From: Octopus sinensis
Lineage: Eukaryota
Reading direction: 5' to 3'
Assembly: GCF_006345805.1 (NCBI RefSeq)
Contig: NC_043017.1
Location: 25,668,001-25,732,000 of the forward strand
Length of the DNA: 64,000 nt
A program made the position numbers and the translations under genes. Shown in pieces: positions 1 through 13,810 of this stretch (positions are counted from its first letter, which is position 1; each line of letters opens with the position of its first letter). Under the pieces are notes generated by a model, which saw nothing but the letters and a program-made list of their open reading frames with translations, made no database searches and was not told the origin of the DNA.

Positions 1-236
1 TCCTTGTTCGTTCCCTCTATGTTTAGCCCCTTGTGGGTAGTAAAGAAATAGAAATAGGTATTTCGTCTGCCGTTACGTTCTGAGTTCAAATTCCGCCGAG
101 GTCGACTTTGCCTTTCATCCTTTCGGGGTCGATAAATAAAGTACCAGTTTCGTACTGGGTCGATGTAATCGACTTAATCCCTTTTTCTGTCCTCGTTTGT
201 CCCCTCTATGTTTAGCCCCTTGTGGGTAGTAAAGAA
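1..236 (+). mobile_element. SINE-A (tRNA-derived, gtcgactttgcctttcatcctttcggggtcgat body), partial dimer cut by window edge
   Basis: Tail ...ccccttgtgggtagtaaagaaata is joined to a second body ggtatttcgtctgccgttacgttctgagttcaaattcc (B-box GAGTTCAAATTCC). Same sequence as many other copies in the window. Confidence 0.85.
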
Positions 237-1049
237 CTACATATATAATACGAGGATTTACTGTTTGTCGCTGTCTGAAGCAAAATAATAAACAACTGTT
301 TTTAAACTTCGATAAACTTAGAACTGCTTCGGGCAAAATTTGGACCAGGCAATGTCTAATTATTAGCATCACCAGTTAGGTTAAGTTATTTTAAGTCAAG
401 TTTCGTGGTATCATGGCCTATTGAAATGGAAGTTGTTAAGTGAGATGTATTCGGATATAGATGTGTCTATGTGCCTATGTGTGTGTATGAGTGCGTATGT
501 GTGTATAAGTATGTGTGTGTGAGCGCTTGTGTGTTTGTGTGTGTGTGTGCATGTGTGTTAGTGTGTATGTCTTTGCCTGCGCCTATCCCCCAACACCGCT
601 TGACAACCAATGCTGGTATGTTTTCTTGTCCTCGTAACCTAGCTGTTCACTAAAACTCGACGATAGAATAACTCCCAGACTTTAAAAACAAAGAAGATAA
701 GACAGAGAAAAAAGATAGCTATGGATGACAAAAAGTTTGGCTTGTTTGGTATATCTTGAAGAAATTTGTTGTGGTGTCGTTTGAAGGTGATGAGTTCTTG
801 TTCTTCTTATAGACGATGCTTCATATTTATCAATGATTTATCTGTAATCTAAAGCGAGAAGTTCATGTCAGTTGCTTCAAGCCAAATAGATGATCTGTTA
901 CTAAAATAAAAGAAAGATTGGGTGTAGTTAATTATAACGACTACTGTACATTCCAGAAACTCTGAGACGTACAAGCATATAGAAGGAAAGAAAGAACAGA
1001 CTAACAAACAAACAAACAAACAGAGAATAGACCAATACAAGTTGGGGGT

Positions 1050-1450
1050 AAATTACTCCCTGTGAAGGAAACTAGTATATAAGATGATTTAGCAAAGATA
1101 ATTTAAGGACCAGGCATAGACTTTTACCCGGTTTAAACCATTCGCTGAGTGACATGTTTCTTCACGGGTATCGACTTTGATAGAAAAATTCGGAATGGGC
1201 TTCGGTCCCAGGACAACTCACTTCCCCCACCTGTATTTGTGTCGAAAGCTCCAAAACTAATCTGTTGCTTAATGTGCTAGAATTAGCAGCGAAATATCAC
1301 CTCAAATGATAGCCTTCTGTCTTTAAAAAGAAGGTCGGATGACACTGGATAAGTCATTCCCGTATATATTTGAAAAATACGGGATGATCACGATCGAAAT
1401 ATCTTTGATCACACATCCTACTGATCAGGGTTAATCTGACTCTAAACAAT
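1050..1450. repeat. Unclassified interspersed repeat (related copy at about 55925-56150)
   Basis: Shares diverged blocks such as gggatgatcacga..gaaat and aaatagcagc/aaatagcaacc with 55925-56150. Confidence 0.4.
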
Positions 1451-2188
1451 GTGTGAGCCATTATTGCATGTACCTATAGCATCGAATGATGCGTAATTGG
1501 CCACTTCAAAAGCTTCGCTGTTGCCTTATGCTATAAATTTAAATTAGATCCTGAGAACAAGCTTTGATTCCGCTAATGATATTTATGTGTGTTGGACACG
1601 AATACAATACAATGTGAGTGATATATTTGACCTCTCGGGTTATTGTCCTCTCCACTGGCTCTGGAAATTATACGTTAATATAAAGGATTTCGACAACCTT
1701 CCAAACTATAATGAAGCGAATGTCTCCAGTGCATGACAAGGCCTTTCAACATTCATTAAAAAAAAATTAATATATTCAAATTTAGTTTTAAATAACGACT
1801 TTATCAACGCATACGTAACTGCGCTGTTAAGATGGTCGCTTTGCCATTACATAGTTTCGGGTTCAGAACTGCTAGAGGTCCTTCAGACTGAATTTGGTAA
1901 TTTAGTAATGAATGTGTGTATGTGTGTGTCTGTCTGTATCTGTGTTTATTCCCCACCACGGCTTAACGACTGTTACTGGTATGTTTAGGGCCCCGTAACT
2001 TAGCTATTCAGCAAAAGAGACCTATAGAATAAGTACCATCTTAAAACATGGGAACCGGTGTCTATTCGTTCGACTAAAATTCTTCAAAGGTGATGTCCCA
2101 GTATGGCCGCAGCCAAATGGATGGAGCGCGTGAAATGATAAAAGGTTTCCGAAATCTACGTTTCTGTTTCGATATTAAATTGTCCACA

Positions 2189-2589
2189 AGGGGGCGAGCT
2201 GGCAGAATCGTTAGCACGCCGGACGAAATGCTTAGCAGTATTTCGTCTGCCGCTACGTTCTGATTTCAATTCCGCCGAGGTCGACTTTGCCTTTCATCCT
2301 GTTGGGGTCGATTAAATAAGTACCAGTTACGCACTGGGGTAAATATAATCGACTCAATCCGTTTGTCTGTCCTTGTTCGCCCGTTCTGTGTTTAACCCCT
2401 TGTGGGTTGTAAAGAAATTGGGATTTCGTCTGTCTTTATGTTCTGGGTTCAAATTCCAGCGAGGTCCTTTATTTTACATCCTTTTGGTGCCGATAAATTA
2501 AGTTCCAGACGCGTACTGGGGTTGATCTAATCGACTGGCCCCTCTCCCAAAAATTCCGGGCCCTGTGCCTGGAGTAGAAAATAATATTT
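2189..2589 (+). mobile_element. SINE-A dimer (tail a + tail b) with 11-bp TSD
   Basis: tRNA-like head gggcgagctggcagaatcgttagcacgcc plus two bodies; flanked by aattgtccaca at 2178-2188 and 2590-2600. Confidence 0.85.
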
Positions 2590-3609
2590 AATTGTCCATA
2601 CATGATCTCTCTGTTCACATGTCATACACTCTACGCCATGATGAATACTTTCCTACGTGAAGAAGGCAAGATTACAATATTCATAACATAACACAAGGTT
2701 ATTTTAATTCAAATCAGAATATTTATGATATTTTCGTATTAATCTCATGTTTATTTTTATATTTTAATTATTACACTATTTCGTATTTTAATTATTAACT
2801 TTATTTCTGATTTCAAAATTTCATAGTTTGTTCGATGTTCTTAGTTGCTTTCCTCAAGTTCATCTTTTCCTTTACATTTTTAATGTTTGTTTCTTTGCAC
2901 TTTCTCCCATCGTTATTTTGTTCTTTATTATTTTGAATTGTTTCGTTTAATCTGCCATTATTATTTATAACAAGTGGAGTGTGTCAAATGTATTTGACGC
3001 GTCGTATTGCAAATGGTAATGAAATGCACAGATAATATTGCTGTTGTTTCCATCATGCTTTATATATTCATAGAAATCCTTAATTTCCTGATAAGGATTT
3101 TAATTAAGATATTAAAATATGTAAAAGGTGTCCACATAAATATGTATATAGTATCTTATAGTTATCATTCTCATATTTGATTATCTAAAAAAAAAACACA
3201 ATGAACACACAGAGGAAGTAAAAAAAACATTGGAAAAGGAAGGACAATATTTTACATATCACTTGACCAAACCTAATGAATTTAAAATAACAGATGGAAA
3301 TCGAGCATAGAGGTCAATGAGAAACATATCGCAGACACGTGTTAAGTATTATTGATAAGGCTATGAATGATTCAATGAATTTGATATTAATCATACTACA
3401 AATCTTAGTAACGATCTGATAGATCATGTTCTATATTGATACGTGCTAGCGTGGCAATGTACTTTAGAAGCCAACCTTGCAACCACATAGCTTCGGGTTC
3501 AGTCCAACTGTAAGACACTTATTTTTCTCTACAGCTTTACTTTACTTTACTTTACTTTATCTAGTTTCAGCTCACGAGCTGTGGCCATGCTGGGGCACCG
3601 CCATTTGTA

Positions 3610-3758
3610 GTGAAAGAGTACAGCAGGGATCACCACCCCCTGCCGGAGCCTCGTGGAGCTTTTAGGTGTTTTCGCTCAATAAACACTCACCACGCCGGGT
3701 CTGGGAATCGAAACCGCGATCCTACGCCCGCGAGTCCGCTGCCCTAACCACTAGGCCA
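3610..3758 (-). mobile_element. SINE-C head and body fragment
   Basis: Reverse complement matches the 5' half of the 49148-49448 copy (tggcctagtggttagggcagcggactcgcg...gtactctttcac). Confidence 0.8.
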
Positions 3759-3912
3759 ACAGTAATTACGTAATTAATAAAGCCAATAAATTTAAATCTT
3801 ACGGATGATCCTTACCCCGGGAAAACTTAAAATTTAAAGTTATTCACGACCATATATATGGTTTATTGCAATCAAGACATACACATATGAATGCGTGTAT
3901 CATATATATTCT

Positions 3913-4018
3913 CTGACTCTCCCTGTCTACCTGACTCTCCATGTCTGTCTGACTCTCCCTTTCTGTCTGACTCTCCCTGTCTGTCTGATTCACCTGCCTT
4001 TCTGACTCTCCCTATCTC
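3913..4018. repeat. 18-bp minisatellite (ctgactctccctgtctgt), about 6 units
   Basis: Direct inspection of tandem ctgactctccc units. Confidence 0.85.
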
Positions 4019-4206
4019 TGGAAAATGAGTCCGATAGAGTCCGATAGAGTAAGTACTAGGCTTACAAAGAATAAGTACAAGGGTCGATTTCTTCCACTAC
4101 AAAACCCTTCAAAGCGGTGCTCTAGTATGGCCGCAGTCACAGAACTAAAGCAGGTAAAATAATAAGAGCATAAAAGAATGTGTGTCTGTGTCTGTGTGTG
4201 CGTGTC

Positions 4207-4498
4207 TGTGAAGGAACATGGCTTAGTGGTTAGAATGTTGCACTATATATTACTGCGACATCGTGGGTCGATTCCCAGACAGTGCGTTGCGTTATGTTCT
4301 TGAGCAAAGCACTTCATCTCACGCTGCTCTGCGATCCTTTTGCCATTTGGTATGTGGCACACGGTGAACCTGTACGGGTAATGTCGATTTGATTGACGGA
4401 GTAAGTACATGTGTACACAAGCATTTCATCACTATAAACAAATCGTCTGTGTGGTTCTTGCCGAAACATCATACGTAGTCTCATAACGGAAGAGTCCA

Positions 4499-4500
<2 letters not shown>
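4207..4500 (+). mobile_element. Degenerate tRNA-SINE (CORE-like gttcttgagcaaagcact) with its own tail
   Basis: A-box tggcttagtgg, decayed B-box gtcgattccc; body shared with 27314 and 4967 copies. Confidence 0.6.
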
Positions 4501-4541
<41 letters not shown>

Positions 4542-4966
4542 TGTGTGTGTGTGTGTGTGTATTAAACATCTGTTGTTATGTCCTGTTATTATTTTTATTG
4601 TGTTTATTATTGTATTTATATTTGTGTAACTTTGTCCATTTTTTCCGTCCTTCTTTTTGGAATATTTTCGCTGCTTTTTTCCAAGGAATCTAAAGTTCTT
4701 AGCTTAGTTTCTCCTTGGGGCTGGCCAAATTGGAGCAATCTCAGTAAATAATCAGCTGAAATTGCGTGGATAATCTGGTGCTTGAGTGAAGAAAGAAAAC
4801 TTCGAATGACCCTTCCTTGTTTTCTTTGTATCGTCTATCTGGGTGTTTTGTTGTCCCTTTTTGTACCACCTAGCTGTCCGGATGTTTTACGTTCTTGTCC
4901 CATTTTGTATTCTATGTGTGTGTGTGTGTGTGTGTGGGTGTGTGAGTGAGTGTGTATACGTATGTG

Positions 4967-5284
4967 TGACCATGGGTTTGCACCTAGAGAGTTACCCTCT
5001 GAGGCACAAGTCTGGGCAAGGTTGTTTTTATGGAAGACCAGCAGTCGCCCATGCATACCGGCCTCCCCTCTCCACGCCACCAGTGTTATCCAAGGGAAAG
5101 AAAGGTCGATACAGCTTGGCACTTGTGACGTCGCAAGCTCATTTCTACAGCTGAGTGGACTGGAGCAACGTGAAATAAAGTGTTTTGCTCAAGAACACAA
5201 CACGCAGCCCGGTCCAGGATTCGAACTCACAACCTCACGATCGTAAGCTCGACGCTCAACCACACTGAGCCATGCGCCTCCACA
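4967..5284 (-). mobile_element. tRNA-SINE, CORE-like body, distinct 3' tail
   Basis: Minus strand reads tgtggaggcgcatggctcagtgtgg...gagttcgaatcctgg...gtgttcttgagcaaaacact; A and B boxes present. Confidence 0.8.
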
Positions 5285-5328
5285 TCATTATATATTACTA
5301 TATATATTACTATATATTTATATATACG

Positions 5329-5369
<41 letters not shown>

Positions 5370-5410
5370 AATATATATATATATTTATAATATTTATATA
5401 TATATATTAT

Positions 5411-5455
<45 letters not shown>

Positions 5456-5964
5456 ATGTCTGTATGTAAGCGTGTATGTATACACACTCACACACATACA
5501 CACACACACACAGCTGTGGTCTCATTTGTGGTTTCGTGAACAAATCTATAACGTCATATATAAGTATTTCCAGAATAGATTATATGAAGAAGAGACTCTA
5601 GAATACAAATAATACTTGTCAATGTAGACATAAGTCAAACTGTGACACGTACTCGAAGATTACGGCTATTTGCCTTTTCATACGGATTCTGTGACTGAAA
5701 GCAGACGATAATACACCACCAAAACAGGAAAACAAACGACTATGGTATGAAAATCAACAGCACTCGCATTAATAAAATTATTATTTACTTGTCAGCTAGT
5801 AATATTAACTGTGCGGCTGGCACGAATGATAAAGACAGCAAGAATTACCAAAACATTGTTGTTGCTATTATTACTATCATTATTATTATCATCATTATTA
5901 TCCTATTATTATTGATATTATTATTGTTGATGTGTTGTTGTTATGATTATAACATAGTAATATA

Positions 5965-6018
<54 letters not shown>

Positions 6019-6201
6019 GATATATAAAGATAGAGAAAAGAGAGAGGATGATTATATATATATGAATATATATATATATATAATTATTATATATATATGC
6101 GTCGAACAATGTATGCGTGTAGATTTGTATAAATTAGTATATTTCTATATCCTCCTTTATATATGTATATACGTATATGTGTTTGTATGTATCTATATAT
6201 G

Positions 6202-6280
<79 letters not shown>

Positions 6281-6451
6281 TATACACACATACCATTTCC
6301 CCCATGTATATATACATAAAATGCAGGGATATTTTATGTATATCAAAATATCAAATGACAACATCGATGACGATAAAGACGGTTATAGTGATGATGATGA
6401 TGATGATGATGATAATGATGCACAGGTTTCTTGCGGCTGTGAAAGTTGAAG

Positions 6452-6690
6452 AAATATTCTGCCCAATACCACAGATTTGATTATCAGACGCTTGACCTTA
6501 ACTACATGATCTGAGGTCATGCGCATCTCTGATCTCGTGCAAGATTACTATGGGTACGTCATAGCCATGTGTTGAAAGGAATTTGGGGGCGGTTGAGTAA
6601 TTCATCTCTGGAAATATAGGCCTTCCGTTCAACATCCTTAAACAGCCCTTATTCAGAGCCCTTTAGAGCAGGATGTTCTGCAAGATCAGA
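6452..6690. mobile_element. Older, inverted fragment of the 50245-50800 element
   Basis: catagccatgtgttga and ttcaacatccttaaaca(g/a)cccttattcag match the reverse complement of about 50450-50700. Confidence 0.7.
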
Positions 6691-6742
6691 AGGAAATTGT
6701 AAGCGAGACCCCGGCGTCTGAATGGCTTTGCCATCTCACTAC

Positions 6743-6821
6743 CTTTCTGGTTGTAACAACTTTAACGAAGAGATCACGAAGTTTTTCTAGGATGGGCCTT
6801 TGTATCGATTCCCGTGCCCAG
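6743..6821 (-). CDS. Candidate 79-nt internal coding exon, unknown gene ([26 protein letters not shown])
   Basis: Acceptor ctatctctcag| after a (CTAT)n tract, donor AAAG|gtagtg; only one of three frames is open. No recognised homology. Confidence 0.3.
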
Positions 6822-6825
6822 CTGA

Positions 6826-7215
<390 letters not shown>

Positions 7216-7324
7216 AACAATTGTTTCCTATGAATTTACGAATTTTGCTTCGAAACACCGTGCTGCCATATACATTCTTAATACGTTGCATGTCGCTGGT
7301 ATCCAATAAAAAGCGACAATCGTG

Positions 7325-7620
7325 TAGTATATTATATTATATAATATTATACATATACAATATTATATAAATATATTCATATATTTATACATACATTAAT
7401 ATATATATATATATATATATATAAACAGAGAGAGAAAGATAGAGACGTATTCATAATGATACACACACTCACATATATCCTTTAGTATATTATATTATAT
7501 AATATTATATATATACAATATTATATATATATTCATATATTTATACATACATATATATATATAAACAGAGAGAGAGAGAGATAGACGTATTCATAATGAT
7601 ACACACACTCACATATATCA
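7325..7620. repeat. Tandem duplication of about 158 bp of AT-rich sequence
   Basis: tagtatattatattatataatattata...gacgtattcataatgatacacacactcacatatatc occurs twice. Confidence 0.8.
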
Positions 7621-8191
7621 TTTGATATCATATGATATAATCTAACGTGATATGCGATAAATCATTTAATATTCTTTACCGATGCTCTGTTCCTCTTCAT
7701 AAGTTTCAGAAGCGAAATAAAAGCGTTAATAAATCACGGAAGCCAGGTTTCATATTCTTCTTTTTCTTCTATCTCAGGTAGAATGGCTTGAGTTTTCATT
7801 TGATCAATTTAGCCTTGGACTACAGCTCACATATCGTTCATATTCAGAGTCCTTCAGCAAATCACTTTCGAGAAAACGTTTTTATTTTATTGACCATTTA
7901 ATCCCCACGAGACGATCTTTTTTCGTTGTTGAGTTCTTCACAGATAATCTGCGATTATTACCGCTTTTATGCTGTTCTTTTTCAAGGGCGTTTATCAGTC
8001 TTTTTTCTGAAATATTGCTCAAGAATGGTTTCAATCACGTGGAAAATCTTCATAAAGAGGCTTCGATATGAACTATATTAATTCACAGAAATTTCTTTAT
8101 AGTTTTATGCAATTATTTTATTTCTTTTATGAACTTTTTTTCACTCAAAGAGAATCCCTATTATGTTCAGTCATAGATACACCATGTATAT

Positions 8192-8238
<47 letters not shown>

Positions 8239-8359
8239 AGAGAGAGAGAGGAGAGAGAGAGAGACATATATATGTATGTATATCGGTATTTATATATGTA
8301 TCTATATGCATATATATGTGTACATACATATACGTATATATGAGTATGGTTGTGTGTGC

Positions 8360-8429
<70 letters not shown>

Positions 8430-8579
8430 ATTATATGCTTGACTATAAACATGCGTATATATTCATGTAGGTATATATCTACGTCAATATGATCATGTGC
8501 ATATATATGTGTGTGTTGTGTGTGTGTGCGTATGCCTATAAATTGATTGATGCATTGATAGATATATATATATATATAT

Positions 8580-8642
<63 letters not shown>

Positions 8643-8973
8643 TACAATTATTCATATTCTTTAGCATTCATATTCTAAAATAAAGTAATTGGAATGGAAT
8701 GTGTGGGAAATAGAAGACAAGTCTGAATACGTCAAGGAAAGAAATATGCACTGTCAAATTTCCGTTGATTCTTCAGAGATACAAAGACCATTACGTATTT
8801 GAATTGAACTGTAGATACAAAAATGACTTGCCAGATAGAATTCTGGGTAACGTAAAATTGTTTTGTTGATGACCTAATATCATTTTGAAGTTACTTTACC
8901 TCTTCGTCTTCTCGCGTCTATTTTCATCTTATAGTAACAATGCTTCGTAAATGTAAGCAAAGGTGTATTGTTT

Positions 8974-9010
<37 letters not shown>

Positions 9011-9258
9011 GATGGATGTACGTAGTGAGGGTAGAGCCTTTTAGCTTTTAGGTTTTACATTTGTTTTGTAATTATATTTATTTCAATTATCTCTGAGTTC
9101 GTTTGTACACGTGATTATCATATCAGCTCCAAAGGCGAAAGTGCTCCCACCTACGTAAATGTATTAAGTTGTATTGTATTAAGCAAGATATTTTGAAGTG
9201 CAGAAAGTGTAAATGATTGTATGACAATTGTAGAATTACATACCTGTTTCTCTATGAA

Positions 9259-9600
9259 AGCGCAAGCGTGGCTGTGTGGTAAGAACTTCGCTTGCCAACC
9301 ACATGATTCCGTGTTCAGTCCACTGTGTGGCAACCTGGCCAATTGCTTTCTATCGTAGCCTCGGTTGGACAAGGTATTGTGAGTGGATTTGGCAGACGGA
9401 TATTAAAAGAAGCCCGTTGCATATATATGTGCAAATGCCTGTGTGTGTTGTTCGTACCAATAATCAACAACCGGTGTTTGTGAGGTTACGTACACGTAAT
9501 GAAGCGATTCGGCGAAAGAAACCGATAGAATAAGTTCCAAACTTTACAAAATCCCCAAAATAGGGACTGCGTGGCTACAATCTAATGACCGAAGCAAAGA
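9259..9600 (+). mobile_element. SINE-B (tRNA head + CORE-like domain), diverged
   Basis: tggctgtgtggtaag head, gaagcccg, caaccggtgtttgt, accgatagaataag; colinear with 30479-30891. Confidence 0.75.
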
Positions 9601-9890
9601 TATTAGAAAAAGGAACGTTGTGGCCCTGTGATTATGCTAAACCCAACTTGTTACTTTATACACCCGTAAGAGATGTGAAAAATGTCAGCGGGTACGAAAC
9701 GTCACGTACATAATTGTAACTTAAAATTATAATAGGTGTGGAGGTGTGGTGAGTAGTTTGCTTCCCAACTATATGGTTCTGGGTTCAGTCCCCCTGCGTA
9801 GCACTTTGCCCGTGTATTTTCTATTGCAGCCCCGGGCCCACCAACGCATTCTGAGCGGATGTGGTAAAAGGAAATTGAAAGAAGACCTAC

Positions 9891-9935
<45 letters not shown>

Positions 9936-9940
9936 TAAGA

Positions 9941-11170
9941 GTGGCAGTGTGAGAGGAAGCTTGCTCACCAACCACATAGTTCTGGGTTCAGTTCCACTTC
10001 GTGGCACCTTGAGAAAGTGTCTTCTACTAAAGCCTCGTGAGTGGATCTGGTTGACGGAAACTGAAAGAAGCCCGTCGTATATATATATTATATTAAATTA
10101 GAGATAAAACCACTATTAGGCAAATCAAACAATGAAAAACATAAGCCAATACATAAAATTAATTTAATTTATATTATTTTAAATATATATCAAAAGTATT
10201 AAAAGTTTAATAAAAGATAAAGAGTAAAACACTACGATCGTTTCATGGCTGTACAATTCGAATAACAACAATTCAAATTCAATCAATAATTCAAGTTATG
10301 GTTACAGTCAATCTTCAGGTTAATTGAAATATCTTAAAAACAATCAGAAATATTTAAACAATATTTTAAAGATATAAATAATATAATAATTTTACTCATA
10401 ATAAACTCTATCATCAAACTAGAAATATAACTTAACAATTATGATTATATCAAAATCGACTATAATGTTAAATATATAATGATAATTTATATATAATAGT
10501 CATTTTTAAACATTTTAAAACATTCTTAAATATTTATGTAATTAGATATAGATTAATACCGATGTTAGATTATTGGTGGGTTTCCTACCTTATAAATTAA
10601 AATTAATATTTAACATTATAGTCGATTTTGATATAATCATAATTGTTAAGTTATATTTCTAGTTTGATGATAGAGTTTATTATGAGTAAAATTATTATAT
10701 TATTTATATCTTTAAAATATTGTTTAAATATTTCTGATTGTTTTTTAGATATTTCAATTAGCCTGAAGATTGACTGAAACCATAACTCGAATTATTGATT
10801 GAATTTGAATTGTTGTTATTCGAAATGTACAGCCATGAAACGATCGTAGTGTTTTACTCTTTAAAATAATATAAATTAAATTAATTTTATGTATTGGCTT
10901 ATGTTTTTCATTGTTTGATTTGCCTAATAGTGGTTTTATCTCTAATTTAATATAATATAATATAATATATTTATACTATAAAATTGGATTTAATCCTAAA
11001 TCTGATTTTTCCCTGTAAGTTTGGATTTATTCCTTAATATTTCATTATTAATATATATATATATAAATATATATGTATGTATATATGTATGTATTTGTGT
11101 GTCTGTGTCTGTCCTCCACCATCACTTTACAACCGATGCTGGTGTGTTTACGTCCCCGTAACTTATACGT
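9941..11170 (+). mobile_element. SINE-B split by a ~1-kb palindromic insertion in its internal (TA)n
   Basis: Head at 9941-10080 ends gaagcccgtcgtatata; tail resumes near 11090 (gtgtctgtgtctgtcc...caaccgatgctggtgtgtttacgtccccgtaac). Confidence 0.7.
10084..10960. mobile_element. Fold-back element, arms about 355-390 bp around a 130-bp spacer; probable inverted Penelope-like pLTR with a hammerhead-like motif in each arm
   Basis: 10084-10475 is the near-exact reverse complement of 10606-10960 (left arm has a ~35-bp extra insert). Each arm has CTGAAGA...GAAAC-GATC-GTA. Confidence 0.7.
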
Positions 11171-11894
11171 TCTTGGAGCTTCTGCATAGAATGTCGCAAA
11201 ATTCAACAGTAGCAGCCTAACTGTGCACAAAAGATATATTGCATCCATACACACATACCTACATATACATACATATACATACATATATATATACATATAT
11301 ATATGAGTTTGTGTACGTGTATGTGTGTACATACATACATACATACATACGTGCGACTAAAAAAACAAGATGGTGCTCAGATAATTGTTTTATTGTTTTG
11401 TTAAAGTAATTTCGTCACCGACATTTTTGGAATTATCCACCATTAACAATAATGAAAGCTATCTTTTTTGACTAGGTATCTAATGAATGCAAAATATAGC
11501 AAGCAAAGCTAACGAGAAAATAAATAAGAAAAACAAATGGCTGAGACGTAATTTATTATCACCAGTCTTTCTATTGTTCTTTACGTTTTTTTTTTGTTTT
11601 TTTTTTATGTTCATATAACTGAATTATTATTAATCTTCTTATCATTCTGGGATTGTTGGGTTTTTTTTCGTTGTTTTTGTTTTTTTTTTTTAAATCTTTT
11701 TGTTTGTGTTTTGCTTTTCTGAGTTTTGTTTTTTCTTTTTTCTTTGTCATTCTTCTTTTTATCATTATTATTATTTTTTTTTTCCTTTTATTTTATTTTA
11801 TTTATATTTTTTTTTTCTTTTCGCAAATACTGTTCCCTGTTTTCTTTGTAAAGTGAAATAAGTGTAAAATTTATTGTTGAACATAACAAAGGTA

Positions 11895-11951
<57 letters not shown>

Positions 11952-12263
11952 GAAATAATAATAAAAATAACGACAACAACAACAGAAAGTAGAAAGAAAA
12001 ATTTGATTTGTGAGAAAGTTAATATCAATGATCTCTACCTGTCTAATTGTATGGGTGGCAGAGGGAGTTTGAGGAGAAAATGCCAGTACACACACACACA
12101 CTCACACATACATACACCTACATACATATACCACAAAAACATATATATATATATATACATTATCGTATACGTAAGAATATATATATATATATATACGAAT
12201 ACGTATATATATATATATATACATTATCGTATACGTAAGAATATATATATATATATAAATACT

Positions 12264-12302
<39 letters not shown>

Positions 12303-12400
12303 TTATGTATGTATATATGTATGTATATATATCAATATCTATATGTATGTATGTATGTACATATATATACATATACATACACACAAACATATATATATGA

Positions 12401-12477
<77 letters not shown>

Positions 12478-12989
12478 TGTATGTATGTACGTATGTATGT
12501 ATGTATGTATGTGTGTATGTATACACGGACAACTAAGCAAGCAACCAGTCTGTCATACAAACAACCAGATAAAAAATAATCGAACGAAAACAAGCAAACG
12601 GTTTCTTTTATATAAATTTTTTTAAATAAATATATTAATAAAGATGTAAAAATTCCAATTTCGAAATAGATTTGTTAATTTCGGGTTTTCAGGAATCATA
12701 ATTGCTTAAATGAATGGATGAAAGAATGAGTGACTAAAATAAACAAATAAATAAATAAATACATGGTTGGATGAAGGGTTAGATGAATGAATGGTGTATG
12801 AAGAGATATCAGCCTGAGTGATTGTAGAAATACGATTGTGTTGTGTTGCTTAATATTTAATTTGGTTATTGTCCTTCCATCGTCATCATCTGTGGTATTT
12901 TATTTTATTTTATTTTATTTTATTTTTATTTTTATTTTTATTTTTTTAAATTTTGTTTTGCTCTTTAGCTTTCACCTTCTTTTGTCTTC

Positions 12990-13227
12990 GTTGCCACCGT
13001 CGTTGTCGTCGGCGTCGTTATGATCATCGCCGTTATGATAATAAGGATCATCGTTATCATTACCATCATGATTGTCATTGAGATCCTTATCGCTTCATCA
13101 TCATCATCATCATCATCACCCATCATCATCATCTTTATTATCGTGATTGTCATAGGAGTTGTCGTCTTCCTTATCACATCAGCATTGTCATCGTCGTCAT
13201 CATCATCATCACATCATCATCATCCTC

Positions 13228-13259
<32 letters not shown>

Positions 13260-13377
13260 TGTCATCATGATCATCATCATCACCCTCATCATCACCATCA
13301 TCATCATCTTTATTGTCGTGATTGTTATAGGAGTTGTCGTCATCCTTGTCACATCGTCATTGTCATCGTCGTCGACG

Positions 13378-13410
<33 letters not shown>

Positions 13411-13427
13411 CCACCACCACCATCGAC

Positions 13428-13459
<32 letters not shown>

Positions 13460-13525
13460 CATCACACCACCACCACCATCATCATCATCATCACCACCAC
13501 CATCATCATCATCATCACCACCACC

Positions 13526-13557
<32 letters not shown>

Positions 13558-13622
13558 CATCACCACCATCATCAATCATCATCATCATCACCACCATCAT
13601 CATCATCATCATCATCACCACC

Positions 13623-13654
<32 letters not shown>

Positions 13655-13810
13655 CATCGTCATCGTCATCACCACCACCATCATCATCATCATCATCATC
13701 ACCATCATCATCGTCATCATCATCGTCATCACCACCACCATCATCATCATCGTCATCATCATTACTATCGTCGTCGTCGTCACCATCGTCGTCATCAACT
13801 TCCTCACCAA
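12990..13810. repeat. Compound (CAT/CAC/CGT)n trinucleotide array
   Basis: Direct inspection; source of the poly-His/Ile/Ser ORFs. Confidence 0.95.

Noticed and set aside
2636-2700. ATGATGA as a C-box of a C/D snoRNA
   Set aside because: No terminal CTGA D-box with a closing stem at a suitable distance.
4570-4900. Possible further Penelope-like relic with gtgaaga-aagaaaactt-cgaat
   Set aside because: Both core halves deviate and no stem I or III could be built; too degenerate to support.
7680-8070. 97-codon + strand open frame after a strong acceptor at 7777, and a broken K/E-rich frame on the minus strand
   Set aside because: The + peptide looks like antisense of A-rich sequence and has no donor; the minus frame needs several stops and a frameshift; no recognisable family.
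9631-9714. Hammerhead-like attatg...GAAAC-gtcac-GTA-cataat
   Set aside because: The CUGANGA position reads ctaaacc; the acccg/cgggt hairpin fits a Helentron-type subterminal repeat equally well.
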